Below, one piece after another: positions 55,049 through 64,000 of a stretch of DNA of 64,000 nucleotides. The notes beneath the pieces are model-generated. The model was not told the DNA's origin. It searched no databases and saw nothing but the letters and a program-made list of their open reading frames with translations. How positions within the stretch are numbered: position 1 is the first letter of the stretch; each line of letters starts with the position of its first letter. The stretch lies in contig JBFLYH010000001.1 of assembly GCA_040756875.1 (NCBI GenBank), positions 224,001 to 288,000 of the forward strand, in the 5' to 3' direction. The translations under genes were made by a program, and so were the position numbers. Source of the DNA: a candidate division FCPU426 bacterium. GTDB taxonomy: Bacteria; Oederibacteriota; JAAXVQ01; JAUVAV01.

Positions 55049-55837
55049 ATGAAAAAGGTCTGGTTGCTGGCAGGAGTGATGGTAAGCGCGTTGGTGCTGG
55101 GCGGGATGGCCCGGGCTGAACAGATGCAGGGGTCCACCATGCAGGAGGACCCGGGGCGCATGGAGCAGCCGGGCGCAGGGTATGAGCAAGAGGGCGTCAT
55201 GGGCGCTTCGGCCGGGCCGGAGCAGGCCATGCAGGGCTATGAGGAAGAGGACGCGGCCGGGGCGGTGACCGCCGCTTCGGCGCAGCCGGGTTCCAAATCC
55301 TCGGCGCCGGGCAGGGGATATATATGGGTTAAACCCTACCGCCTGCCAAGCGGCCTGTGGGTGTCGGGATTCTGGCGTCCGCGGGTGATGGCGGGATTCA
55401 CCTGGGTGAATGGCACATGGGATGCCAAATTGAACATTTACCTCGGCGGTTTTTGGCGGCCCATGCGGCCCAAGCCCGGTTATGTGTGGGTGCCTGGCTA
55501 CTGGCTGGGAGGCCGGTGGTATTCCGGGTTATGGCGGGCGGCTTCGAGAAAAGGTTTTATTTGGACGCCCGGCCATTGGAACCGCAACGGCGAGTGGATA
55601 TCCCCCCACTGGAAACCCGCCGGATCGGCGCCCAGCGGACAGGTTTGGGTTCCGGGATACTGGTCGCCCCAAGGCGCCTGGGTGGCGGGATTCTGGCGGC
55701 CCACCGCGCGTCCGGGTGCTGTCTGGGTGGCAGGTTACCACTCCCGTCGCGGCGTGTGGGTGCCCGGCCACTGGCGCTCCGCGCCTCCGGCACCACCGCG
55801 GTTCGAGCGCGGCCGGGGCAGGGGTCACAGGCGGTAG
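55049..55837 (+). CDS. Exported YXWGXW (WxxGxW) repeat protein
   Basis: Signal peptide and about ten WV.G.W repeats. Confidence 0.82.
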   Translation: MKKVWLLAGVMVSALVLGGMARAEQMQGSTMQEDPGRMEQPGAGYEQEGVMGASAGPEQAMQGYEEEDAAGAVTAASAQPGSKSSAPGRGYIWVKPYRLPSGLWVSGFWRPRVMAGFTWVNGTWDAKLNIYLGGFWRPMRPKPGYVWVPGYWLGGRWYSGLWRAASRKGFIWTPGHWNRNGEWISPHWKPAGSAPSGQVWVPGYWSPQGAWVAGFWRPTARPGAVWVAGYHSRRGVWVPGHWRSAPPAPPRFERGRGRGHRR

Positions 55838-55862
55838 ATCTATCAATCAATGGGTCTTGCGC

Positions 55863-55890
55863 ATAGGGGCGTTCACACGAACGCCCCTAT
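55863..55890. repeat. REP variant overlapping a stop codon; probable terminator between convergent genes
   Basis: ATAGGGGCGTTC-ACAC-GAACGCCCCTAT followed by a T-run. Confidence 0.75.
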
Positions 55891-56615
55891 TTTTTTTCTT
55901 CCGGAAGCGGCAGTTGGTAATCGGAGTACTTTTCGTCCACCTGCACGTGCAGGTCCGCCAGGGTGAAGATGAACGCCACCTTGATGTGAAGCTCCAGGTG
56001 GAAAGCCGACGGCAGCCACCAGCCCTGCATAGGCCGGTAGTCCATGGCCGCCTGCATGGCCTGCAGCCCCGCGGGCAGGCGCGAGGGCGTGAAAGACAGA
56101 AACGCCAAGTCGTAGGTTTCCGGCAGCACATACCCGAAGCCCCGGACCAGCTTGCTGTCCGGAACCAGCGGTTCGAAATCCACCTTGATGACTCTGCGGC
56201 CCGCATATTCAGCCTCGCCCCCATCCGAAAAGCGGTATTTGGACATTTCGCTGGGCACGAAAGGCGACTCGCCGCGCTCGCTTTTCATGCGCGCCAATTC
56301 GGCCGCGCGTTCCTTGTCGTCCAGTTCCTTCCCGTTGATGGACATGAAGGTGTATTCCTGCTGGTACTGGTCGGGCTGGGTGAAACGCACCTGGCGCACG
56401 CTGATCACGGTTTTTTCCAGTTTGCCGTCCGCGGACAGCTGGCGGGATTCGGATTCGGCGGTATAGGCTGCGCTGGGCAGCGCCCGTTCCAAGGCCTCGG
56501 CGCGGCTGCGGATGCCGGCCAGGGCCTGGTCCCAGTCCGGGGTTTGGGCCCGGACCGCCGGGGCGATGAGCAGAAGGACAGCCAAACATGGGAAAGCGGA
56601 TTTGCATGAAGGCAT
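55887..56615 (-). CDS. Exported hypothetical protein (possibly LolA-like fold)
   Basis: Signal peptide (AVRA), G.....GR....V.F.P pattern, YSDY near the C-terminus. Confidence 0.55.
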   Translation of the reverse strand: MPSCKSAFPCLAVLLLIAPAVRAQTPDWDQALAGIRSRAEALERALPSAAYTAESESRQLSADGKLEKTVISVRQVRFTQPDQYQQEYTFMSINGKELDDKERAAELARMKSERGESPFVPSEMSKYRFSDGGEAEYAGRRVIKVDFEPLVPDSKLVRGFGYVLPETYDLAFLSFTPSRLPAGLQAMQAAMDYRPMQGWWLPSAFHLELHIKVAFIFTLADLHVQVDEKYSDYQLPLPEEKK

Positions 56616-56852
56616 GGTGGAAGCTCCTGAGTGTGGCATTGGGGCGTATCTTACCAGCCGGCCGGCCGGCAGCCCATCGTTTTTTCACACCGTCATCCGG
56701 ATTGGACCCCGCTTCCCGAAAAATTATTGAATATTTCGGTTGTGCCATTTTCGATATCGCGGTACAACTGAAAACGTTCGTTTGAGGACAGCGAGACCGG
56801 GTCCTTCTCCGGATTTCGTATGGGGGAATAGCTTAGAGAGGAGATCGCGTGC

Positions 56853-58613
56853 ATGCTGGAAAGTGAACGATTGCGATTGAGCAAGGAAATCGAGGATCTC
56901 GCCGCCCACTACCATTACCAGCGCCAGGGCCTGCTGCCCATCCTGCAGGCCATCAAGTCCAAACACCATCATCTCAGCGATTTCGCGCTCCAGGAAGTCG
57001 CGCGCCTGCTTTCCATCCATCCGGTGGAAGTCTACGGCGTGGTCAGCTTTTATTCCTTTCTCTCCACCAGCCAGCAGGGGAATTTCGTGATCCGCCTGTG
57101 CCGGACCATATCCTGCGATTTAGCCGGCAAGGACGCGGTGGCCCGGCAGCTCGAAAACGAACTGGGGATCAAATTCGGGGAAACCACGCCCGACGGCCGC
57201 TTTTCGCTGTTCTGGGCCAATTGCCTGGGCATGTGCGACCAGGGGCCGGCCTTGCTGGTCAATGACTATGTCTTCACGCGCGTCACGGCCGAACGGGTGT
57301 TCGACATTCTGGAGGCCTGCCGGCGCAGTTTCGGGGTCTTTGCCCTGGAAGGCAGCAACATCATCAAAAGCGAAGCGGCGGTGCAATCCAACTTGAAAAC
57401 CGGCGTTTCCGTGGAATCGGGCGTGCTGTCCACAGAAAGCCTGAACCAGGGGCTCAAGAACGCCCTCGCCGGCGCGCCGGAAAAAGTGATCCAGATCATC
57501 AAGGAGTCCGGGCTCAAGGGCCGGGGCGGCGCCGGTTTTCCCACGCACGTCAAGTGGGAGTTGGCCGCGAACAGCCGTTCTGATAATAAATATGTAGTGT
57601 GCAACGCGGACGAAGGCGAACCCGGCACCTTCAAGGACCGGATGCTGATTTCCGATTATCCGGACCTGATGCTCGAGGGCATGACCATCGCCGGATACGC
57701 CCTGGGCGCCAAACAGGGGCTGGTTTATCTGCGGGGGGAATACTCCTACCTCAGAAAGTCGCTGCAGAAGGCGATCGACGCGCGCCGGGCGAAGAACCTG
57801 CTGGGCCAGGACATCCTGGGCAAAAAGGGATTCTCGTTCGACGTGGAGATCCGTCTGGGGTCGGGCGCCTACGTCTGCGGCGAAGAGACGGCCCTGATCG
57901 AGTCCCTGGAAGGGCAGCGGGGCGAGCCGCGTAACCGGCCGCCTTTTCCCGTCAACACCGGGTACAACGCCAATCCCACCATCGTGAACAACGTCGAGAC
58001 CTTCACCATGGCCACCCACATTCTGGCCAAGGGTCCGGCTTGGATGAAGCAGCAGGGCACCAAGGTCTCGACCGGGACCAAGCTGTTTTCCGTGTCGGGT
58101 TACTGCCAGCATCCGGGCATCTACGAATTCCCCTACGGCGTGACCATTGCGGAGCTGCTGCGCAAGGTCGGCGGCGAGGGCGCCAAAGCCGTGCAGGTCG
58201 GCGGGGCGGCCGGCCACTGCGTGCCGCGTTCCCAATTCGACCGCGTGATCGCCTTCGAGGACATTCCCACCGGCGGTTCGGTCATCGTCCTGGGGCCGGA
58301 AACCAGCATGCTCGAAGTGGTCAAGAATTTCCTCGAGTTTTTCAACGAGGAGAGCTGCGGCCAATGCACGCCCTGCCGCATCGGCAACGCCAAGCTGCTC
58401 GAAGGCGTGGAGATGCTGGAAAAAGGGGCTTGTTCCATCAAGTATCTGCGCGAGTTGCAGGACCTGGGGCGGAGCATGCGCCTGGCCAGCAAGTGCGGCC
58501 TGGGGCAGTCCTCGCCCAACGCTTTTCTAAGCATCACCGAACATTTCAAGGATGAGATTCTCGGCAAAGTGCACGCGCCAGCGGCCGCCGATAAAGGAGG
58601 AGCCCGCCTGTGA
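56853..58613 (+). CDS. NuoE-NuoF (HydC-HydB/HoxF-like) fused NAD(H)-binding diaphorase subunit
   Basis: CRTISC...CLGMC [2Fe-2S]; GRGGAGFPT, NADEGEPGTFKDR, GAYVCGEET, ESCGQCTPC...CGLG. Confidence 0.92.
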   Translation: MLESERLRLSKEIEDLAAHYHYQRQGLLPILQAIKSKHHHLSDFALQEVARLLSIHPVEVYGVVSFYSFLSTSQQGNFVIRLCRTISCDLAGKDAVARQLENELGIKFGETTPDGRFSLFWANCLGMCDQGPALLVNDYVFTRVTAERVFDILEACRRSFGVFALEGSNIIKSEAAVQSNLKTGVSVESGVLSTESLNQGLKNALAGAPEKVIQIIKESGLKGRGGAGFPTHVKWELAANSRSDNKYVVCNADEGEPGTFKDRMLISDYPDLMLEGMTIAGYALGAKQGLVYLRGEYSYLRKSLQKAIDARRAKNLLGQDILGKKGFSFDVEIRLGSGAYVCGEETALIESLEGQRGEPRNRPPFPVNTGYNANPTIVNNVETFTMATHILAKGPAWMKQQGTKVSTGTKLFSVSGYCQHPGIYEFPYGVTIAELLRKVGGEGAKAVQVGGAAGHCVPRSQFDRVIAFEDIPTGGSVIVLGPETSMLEVVKNFLEFFNEESCGQCTPCRIGNAKLLEGVEMLEKGACSIKYLRELQDLGRSMRLASKCGLGQSSPNAFLSITEHFKDEILGKVHAPAAADKGGARL

Positions 58614-60562
58614 CTCCGGAAAAAACGCCTGTTTCCATTCCACGACCCTGCAACACGGAGAACCGCACGCCGGTCAGCCAGCGCCTGAACGAGGACGAAG
58701 TCAGCTGCCGGATGGCCGAGGAAGGCGTGATGGTCAAGGTCGTCATTAATCAGCAAACCGTCGAAGTTCGGGCCCGCACCACGATTTTGGAGGCGGCCAA
58801 AAAGATCAACGTCCACATCCCCACGCTCTGCTACCATCCCGACCTGTGCGTGGCCGGCGTCTGCCGGATCTGCGTGGTCGAAGTGGTGGGGCAAAAAGCC
58901 CTGCAGACCGCCTGTTCCTATCCCATCACCGAACCGATCGTGGTCCACACCTCGACCCCCCAGGTCCGCCGCGCCCGCCGGCACATTCTGGATCTCATGC
59001 TTTCGGAACATTACGGCGAATGCTATTCCTGCGTGCGCAACAACAACTGCGAGCTGCAAAACCTGGCCAAGGAATACGGGGTGGATTACTACCGCTTCGG
59101 GCACGTGCGCCAGCCCAAGTACGTGGTGGACAGTTCCTCCTATTCGGTGGTGCGGGACATGAACAAGTGCATCCTGTGCCGGCGCTGCGTGCGCACCTGC
59201 ATTGATTTGCAGGAAGTAGGCGTGCTGGAGGCGATCAACCGGGGCGATCAGACCAAAATCACCACCTTCATGGACAAGCCGCTCATGGACGTGGTGTGCA
59301 TCAATTGCGGGCAGTGCATCAACCGCTGTCCCACCGGGGCCCTGCGGGCGAACGATCCCTCGGATGACATTTGGGCCGCGATCGACGATCCGGACAAGCA
59401 CGTGATCATCCAGACCGCGCCCAGCCCCCGCGCCGCCATCGGCGAAGCCTTCGGCCTGCCGCCAGGCACGTCCGTGACGCGGGAAATGAACACCGCCCTG
59501 CGCCGCTGCGGGTTCGACCGGGTTTTCGACACCGACTTTACCGCGGATTTGACGATCATGGAGGAAGGCACGGAATTGTTGCTGCGGCTGAAGAAGGCCC
59601 TGGTGGACAAGGACCCGGGCGCGGCCCTGCCGCAGTTCACGTCCTGTTCGCCGGGCTGGGTCAAATATCTGGAGCATTTCTATCCGGAGTACATACCCAA
59701 CCTGAGCACGGCCAAAAGCCCGCAGCAGATGTTCGGCGCGGTCATGAAAACCTATTACGCCGAGAAAAACAACATCGATCCCTCCAAGATCGTGACCGTG
59801 GCCTTGATGCCCTGTTCGGCCAAAAAGTTCGAGTGCAACCGGCCGGAGATGGCCGCTTCCGGGTACAAGGACATCGATTACGGGCTGACCACGCGGGAAA
59901 TGGCCCAAATGATCAAGGAGGCGGGCATCGACCTGCCTTCGCTTCCCAAGAGCGGATTCGACGAGCCGTTCGGCGAGGCGTCGGGCGCGGGCCTGATTTT
60001 CGGGGCCACGGGCGGAGTCATGGAAGCCGCTTTGCGCACGGCTGTCGAGCTGGTCACGGGCCTCAAGGCCGAACAGGTGTTCGAAAACCTGGTCGTGGAG
60101 CCGGTGCGCGGCTTTGAGGGCATCAAATACATGGAACTGAAGATCCCTCAGGTCGGGCCGGTACCGGCCATCCTGAAAAACCTGAATATCCCCAGCTGGG
60201 ATTTCCTCAACGGCGCGACTTTGAAAATCGCGGTGGCGCACGGGACCGCCAATGCCAGGAAAGTGATGGAGGACATCAAGGCCGGCGGGAAATTTTCCGA
60301 GTGCCACTTCATCGAGTTCATGGCCTGCCCGGGCGGATGCCTGGGCGGCGGCGGCCAGCCGATCCCCACTTCGCCGGAGATCCGCGCGGCCAGGGCCAAG
60401 GCCATTTACGCGGAGGACGAATCCCTGGAGCTGCGCAAGTCCCATGAGAACCCGCATGTCCTGAAAATCTATCAGGAATTCTTCACCGAGGGCCCGTGCG
60501 GCAAGAAGAGCCACCATTTGCTGCACACCCATTACATCAACCGGGGCAAGGCCATCGTATAA
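58610..60562 (+). CDS. hydA: [FeFe]-hydrogenase group A catalytic subunit
   Basis: H-cluster motifs FTSCSPGW, MPCSAKKFE and EFMACPGGCLGGGGQP; N-terminal [2Fe-2S], His-[4Fe-4S] and 2x[4Fe-4S]; C-terminal SHENP...LHTHY. Confidence 0.95.
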   Translation: MTPEKTPVSIPRPCNTENRTPVSQRLNEDEVSCRMAEEGVMVKVVINQQTVEVRARTTILEAAKKINVHIPTLCYHPDLCVAGVCRICVVEVVGQKALQTACSYPITEPIVVHTSTPQVRRARRHILDLMLSEHYGECYSCVRNNNCELQNLAKEYGVDYYRFGHVRQPKYVVDSSSYSVVRDMNKCILCRRCVRTCIDLQEVGVLEAINRGDQTKITTFMDKPLMDVVCINCGQCINRCPTGALRANDPSDDIWAAIDDPDKHVIIQTAPSPRAAIGEAFGLPPGTSVTREMNTALRRCGFDRVFDTDFTADLTIMEEGTELLLRLKKALVDKDPGAALPQFTSCSPGWVKYLEHFYPEYIPNLSTAKSPQQMFGAVMKTYYAEKNNIDPSKIVTVALMPCSAKKFECNRPEMAASGYKDIDYGLTTREMAQMIKEAGIDLPSLPKSGFDEPFGEASGAGLIFGATGGVMEAALRTAVELVTGLKAEQVFENLVVEPVRGFEGIKYMELKIPQVGPVPAILKNLNIPSWDFLNGATLKIAVAHGTANARKVMEDIKAGGKFSECHFIEFMACPGGCLGGGGQPIPTSPEIRAARAKAIYAEDESLELRKSHENPHVLKIYQEFFTEGPCGKKSHHLLHTHYINRGKAIV

Positions 60563-60580
60563 ACCGGGCCGGAAACAGGG

Positions 60581-60615
60581 ACGGGGGCGGGCAGTGTCCG
60601 CCCCCGTTTTTTTTT
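60581..60615 (+). terminator. Intrinsic terminator after hydA
   Basis: Stem ACGGGGGCGGGC/GTCCGCCCCCGT followed by a long T-run. Confidence 0.85.
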
Positions 60616-60774
60616 CACGGCCTCCGGCTTCCGGCAAAGGCGCGGAGGAAATTGCCCCTGGAAAGGCCGGGGCTGTGATATGATCTCCCAATTTCCCCCG
60701 GGGTCCGGCAATTCCGCCCGAGTGCGGAGCGGTTGAAACCGGCGGCGGCAAACGGCGGGAACCAGGGTGAGGCC

Positions 60775-61635
60775 ATGCCTTCCGAACGGATGGGACAACT
60801 GAGCATTCTGCTGGCCTGCGTGTTTTTCGCGGCGGCCGCGGTTTCGGCCAAGTATTTGGCCGCCGGGTACTCGGGCCTGTTCGTCTCCCTGGTGCGCTTC
60901 GGCCTGGGCGCGGTGTTCTGCGTGCTGGCGCTGGCCTGGCTGCGGCGCGAATGGCGGGTCCAGGGCTGGCGCGTCTGGGCCATCCGCGGCATTCTCGGCA
61001 GTCTGGCCATGTCCCTTACCTACTGGGCCATCCAGCTGACGAGCAGCGGCCGGGCGATCCTCCTGGCCGACACCTATCCCATTTTCGTGGCAATATTCGG
61101 GTACCTTTTCTTCCGCGAAGCGATCACCCGTCGCCACGTGGGCGGGCTGATCGTGGGCATGCTGGGCGTGTTGCTGGTGTTTTACGACCGCAGCCAGTAC
61201 GGCTGGCTGGGCAACCTGCTGGCGTTTGGCGCGGGCGTGGTGGGCGGCGTGTCAGTGCATTACGTCAAACTGGCCCGGTCCCGGAACAACCCCTTTCTGG
61301 TTTACCTGTCCGCTTGCCTTTTCGGCCTGATCTGGTGCCTGGTTTCCGCGGGCGAAGTCCGGCACCTGAACGGCCAGGGCGCTTTCGCGCTGGTGCTGGT
61401 GGCGGTTTTCGGCTTCGTAGGGCAGGTGCTCGCGGGCTACGGGTTTAAATATGTCAGCGCCACCACGGGCGGGATCGCCGGCCTGGCCGAAGTGCCGCTG
61501 ACCGTGGCCTTCAGCGCGCTGCTGGGCGAGGAGATGCGCCCCCGGTTCTGGCTGGGAACGGTCCTGATCGTGGCCGGCATCCTCATCAATTATTATCCGG
61601 GCAGGAGGGCGAGAGGCGACCGTGAACCGGCATGA
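60775..61635 (+). CDS. DMT/EamA-family transporter
   Basis: About ten TM segments, VRF, YPIFVAIFG..F.RE, LLGE. Confidence 0.85.
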   Translation: MPSERMGQLSILLACVFFAAAAVSAKYLAAGYSGLFVSLVRFGLGAVFCVLALAWLRREWRVQGWRVWAIRGILGSLAMSLTYWAIQLTSSGRAILLADTYPIFVAIFGYLFFREAITRRHVGGLIVGMLGVLLVFYDRSQYGWLGNLLAFGAGVVGGVSVHYVKLARSRNNPFLVYLSACLFGLIWCLVSAGEVRHLNGQGAFALVLVAVFGFVGQVLAGYGFKYVSATTGGIAGLAEVPLTVAFSALLGEEMRPRFWLGTVLIVAGILINYYPGRRARGDREPA

Positions 61636-62665
61636 ACTGCTGGAGTGGCTGAGGACCGACGACCCGCGGAGCCTGCAGCGCCTTTGGCGCCTGGCGGATG
61701 CGGCCCGGAAAAAGCATGTCGGCGACGCGGTGCATTTGCGCGGGCTGCTGGAGATATCGAATTATTGTTCGCGGGCCTGCTGGTATTGCGGGCTGCGGGG
61801 CGGGCGGCGGGGTCTCAAACGCTACCGCATGACCCGCGCGGAAATCGAAGCCTGCGTCCGGCAATTGGCGGCTTTTGGCTATGGCACGGTCGTGCTGCAA
61901 TCAGGCGAAGACCCGGGGCTGGCGCCCGAACGCATCAGCCGCCTGGTGGCCTGGATCAAAGCCCATACCGCTTTGGCGGTGACGTTGTCCTTGGGGGAAC
62001 AGCCCCGGGCGGTTTTGCGGCAGTGGCGGGAAGCGGGGGCGGACCGTTACCTGCTGCGCATCGAAACCACGAACCGCCGTCTGCTGGCGCGCATCCATCC
62101 CGGCGAACCCCACGGCTCGAGGATGACGCAGTTGCGCTGGCTCAGGCAACTGGGCTATGAAGTCGGCTCGGGCATCATGGTCGGCATTCCGGGCCAGACC
62201 TATGACATGCTGGTCAAGGACCTGCTTTGGTTCAAAACCATGGATCTGGACATGATCGGCATCGGGCCGTTCATCCCCCATCCGGACACTCCCTTATTCG
62301 CCCTGCGCCGGAAAAAACCGCCGGCTCCCGGGCAGGTGCCGGCCACGGAAATCATGGTCAACAAAGTCGTGGCCCTGGCGCGCCTGATGTGCCCCGAAGC
62401 CAACCTGCCGGCCACGACGGCCCTGGCGTCCATCAACGCCGTCTCGGGCCGGGAACAGGCGCTGTCCCACGGCGCGAACGTCGTCATGCCCAATGTCACC
62501 CCGCAACAGTACCGCGTGCTGTATGACATTTACCCGGGCAAAGCCTGTGTCAGTGAAACCGCCGAGGTCTGCCATGCGTGCATCCGGCGCAGGATAGAAA
62601 AGCTGGGAAGGACCATCGGCAGCGGGCCCGGCGGACGCGTCAAAAGGAAAAGCGGCGTCCGCTAG
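61622..62665 (+). CDS. hydE: [FeFe]-hydrogenase maturase, radical SAM
   Basis: RGLLEISNYCSRACWYCG, VLQSGED, RYLLRIET, GPFIPHPDTP, ATTAL, GANVVMPN, Y.IYPGK. Confidence 0.92.
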   Translation: MNRHELLEWLRTDDPRSLQRLWRLADAARKKHVGDAVHLRGLLEISNYCSRACWYCGLRGGRRGLKRYRMTRAEIEACVRQLAAFGYGTVVLQSGEDPGLAPERISRLVAWIKAHTALAVTLSLGEQPRAVLRQWREAGADRYLLRIETTNRRLLARIHPGEPHGSRMTQLRWLRQLGYEVGSGIMVGIPGQTYDMLVKDLLWFKTMDLDMIGIGPFIPHPDTPLFALRRKKPPAPGQVPATEIMVNKVVALARLMCPEANLPATTALASINAVSGREQALSHGANVVMPNVTPQQYRVLYDIYPGKACVSETAEVCHACIRRRIEKLGRTIGSGPGGRVKRKSGVR

Positions 62666-62736
62666 GGATCAAGGCGTCGGTCCGCCGAATTCGAGCGCCA
62701 CGCCGATATTAAGGCTTGGACAAAGGGTGTGGAAAA

Positions 62737-64000
62737 TCAAGCTGCGGTCCGGTTTTTAGCGCTGAACGCTCTTGCGGTTTCCAGCAGCAGCCAAGCGCTC
62801 AGCGCGACCAGCACGATTCCCGTGACGCCCCCGATCCACAGGCCCGGCGAAAGGGGCAGAAGGGCCGGCTGGAATAGGGCGCGTAAAAAATCCCGGATGA
62901 GGAAAAACAAGGACCAGACGGTCACCACCAGCATGAAACCCATGGGCAGCCAGGCGTGCCAGGCGTGTTTGCCGCTTTTAATCAGCCAGGCGGAAACGGC
63001 CAACAGCGTTAGGCTGGCCATCAGCTGATTGGAGGAGCCGAAAATCGGCCACGCGACCAAATAGGCTTTTTCGCGCGCGGTCAGCAGAACGGCGAGGGGC
63101 ACGAGCAGCGTGATCAGCGTCGCACCCAGCGCGCCGGCCAGGCTTTGCCACCCGGTGAGTTCCTGCAAAATGTAACGCGCCAGGCGCGTACACACGTCCA
63201 GGGTGTCGTAAACGAACGTCGAAAAAGCCAGCAGGGCAAAAGCCAGCGCCAGTTGGTAGTTTACGCCGATCAGGCCCAAATAGCGGGCCAAGCCATGGGC
63301 GTAGATCATGTTGGGATCGCCCTTGAGCAAGGCGTCCGAAGGCGCCAGGATCATGAGCGTGGCCAGCGCCAGGACGGCCACCAGCGCTTCCAGGAGCATG
63401 GCACCATAGCCCACGGCTTTGGCGTCGGTCTCCTGTTGCAGTTGTTTGGACGTGGTGCCCGAACTGACAATGCCGTGGAATCCCGAACACGCGCCGCACG
63501 CCACTGTGATGAACAGCACGGGAAACATCCACTTGCCGTTGAGCGCACTGCTTAATCCCGCCAGGTTGACGGCCGGGTACTGCAGGGGCAAGCCGCCCGC
63601 CAGCGCGCCCGTGAAAGCGACGGCGATGGTGAGGTACAGCAGCCAGCCGCCCAGATAGCCGCGTGGCTGGAGCAGCAGCCAGACCGGGATCAGGGAAGCG
63701 CCGAAGCAGTAGACGAGCAAAATCACGTCCCATTGCTTGACCGTGACCGCGGCTGCGGCCGCCAGCCAGACGCCGGGCAGGTGTGGCCCCAGCCATACGA
63801 TCAGGAGGACCAAGGGCAGGAAGACGAGGGTGGCGACGCCTAAGCCCGCTTTAAAATGACGCAAGACCAGCCCCATGACGAGGCTGAGCAGCAGGTAGAG
63901 GCCCGAGGACAAAGCCACCGCCGGTCCGAACGCCGAATCTTGGGATACAACGGTGAATGTCTGAGAGGTAATATCCGTAAAGGCAATAATGACGTAAACC
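62737..64000 (-). CDS. cstA: Carbon starvation protein CstA-family transporter, 5' end outside the window
   Basis: PVWLLLQPRGYL, FITVACGACSGFH..VSSGTTSKQ, GYGAMLLE, WPIFGSSNQL. Confidence 0.9.
   Translation of the reverse strand, partial: VYVIIAFTDITSQTFTVVSQDSAFGPAVALSSGLYLLLSLVMGLVLRHFKAGLGVATLVFLPLVLLIVWLGPHLPGVWLAAAAAVTVKQWDVILLVYCFGASLIPVWLLLQPRGYLGGWLLYLTIAVAFTGALAGGLPLQYPAVNLAGLSSALNGKWMFPVLFITVACGACSGFHGIVSSGTTSKQLQQETDAKAVGYGAMLLEALVAVLALATLMILAPSDALLKGDPNMIYAHGLARYLGLIGVNYQLALAFALLAFSTFVYDTLDVCTRLARYILQELTGWQSLAGALGATLITLLVPLAVLLTAREKAYLVAWPIFGSSNQLMASLTLLAVSAWLIKSGKHAWHAWLPMGFMLVVTVWSLFFLIRDFLRALFQPALLPLSPGLWIGGVTGIVLVALSAWLLLETARAFSAKNRTAA

Noticed and set aside
56853-58613. Respiratory complex I (nuo) operon
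   Set aside because: No membrane nuo subunits; the gene is coupled to an H-cluster hydrogenase
58133-60751. 872-aa minus-strand ORF
   Set aside because: Antisense shadow of the hydrogenase genes

Overview
A GC-rich, gene-dense window from a diderm, probably anaerobic bacterium. I found no rRNA, tRNA, CRISPR array, transposase, integrase or phage genes. In order it carries: an ExbB-ExbD-ExbD-TonB-TonB-dependent receptor operon; a PfkB kinase; a TolB-like propeller; an exported MsrAB; ilvBN under a complete sigma70 promoter, Val-rich leader peptide and attenuator; a 14-gene DUF134/NifX/P-loop-ferredoxin/NifU-Mrp cofactor-assembly-like operon whose last two genes are broken (one T-run frameshift, one 100-bp palindromic insertion); an ATPase-less metal uptake operon led by a CxxC/HGPP upstream ORF; an Rsm22-like methyltransferase; a LolA/LolD/LolCE-like export operon with a radical SAM enzyme and an esterase; TIGR03546-TIGR03545-crcB-DUF190; an HTH-Fic protein with a degenerate active site; three secreted beta-helix proteins with Pro/Thr linkers and T9SS-like C-terminal domains; several membrane or exported proteins; an NAD-linked [FeFe]-hydrogenase (NuoE-NuoF fusion plus HydA) with hydE; and a partial cstA. 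The intergenic DNA holds several small non-autonomous elements: an IS5-like MITE, a twin-hairpin element family (one copy inside a gene), GTAG-type REPs and heptamer-built palindromes. All family assignments come from motif recognition by eye, not from database searches.
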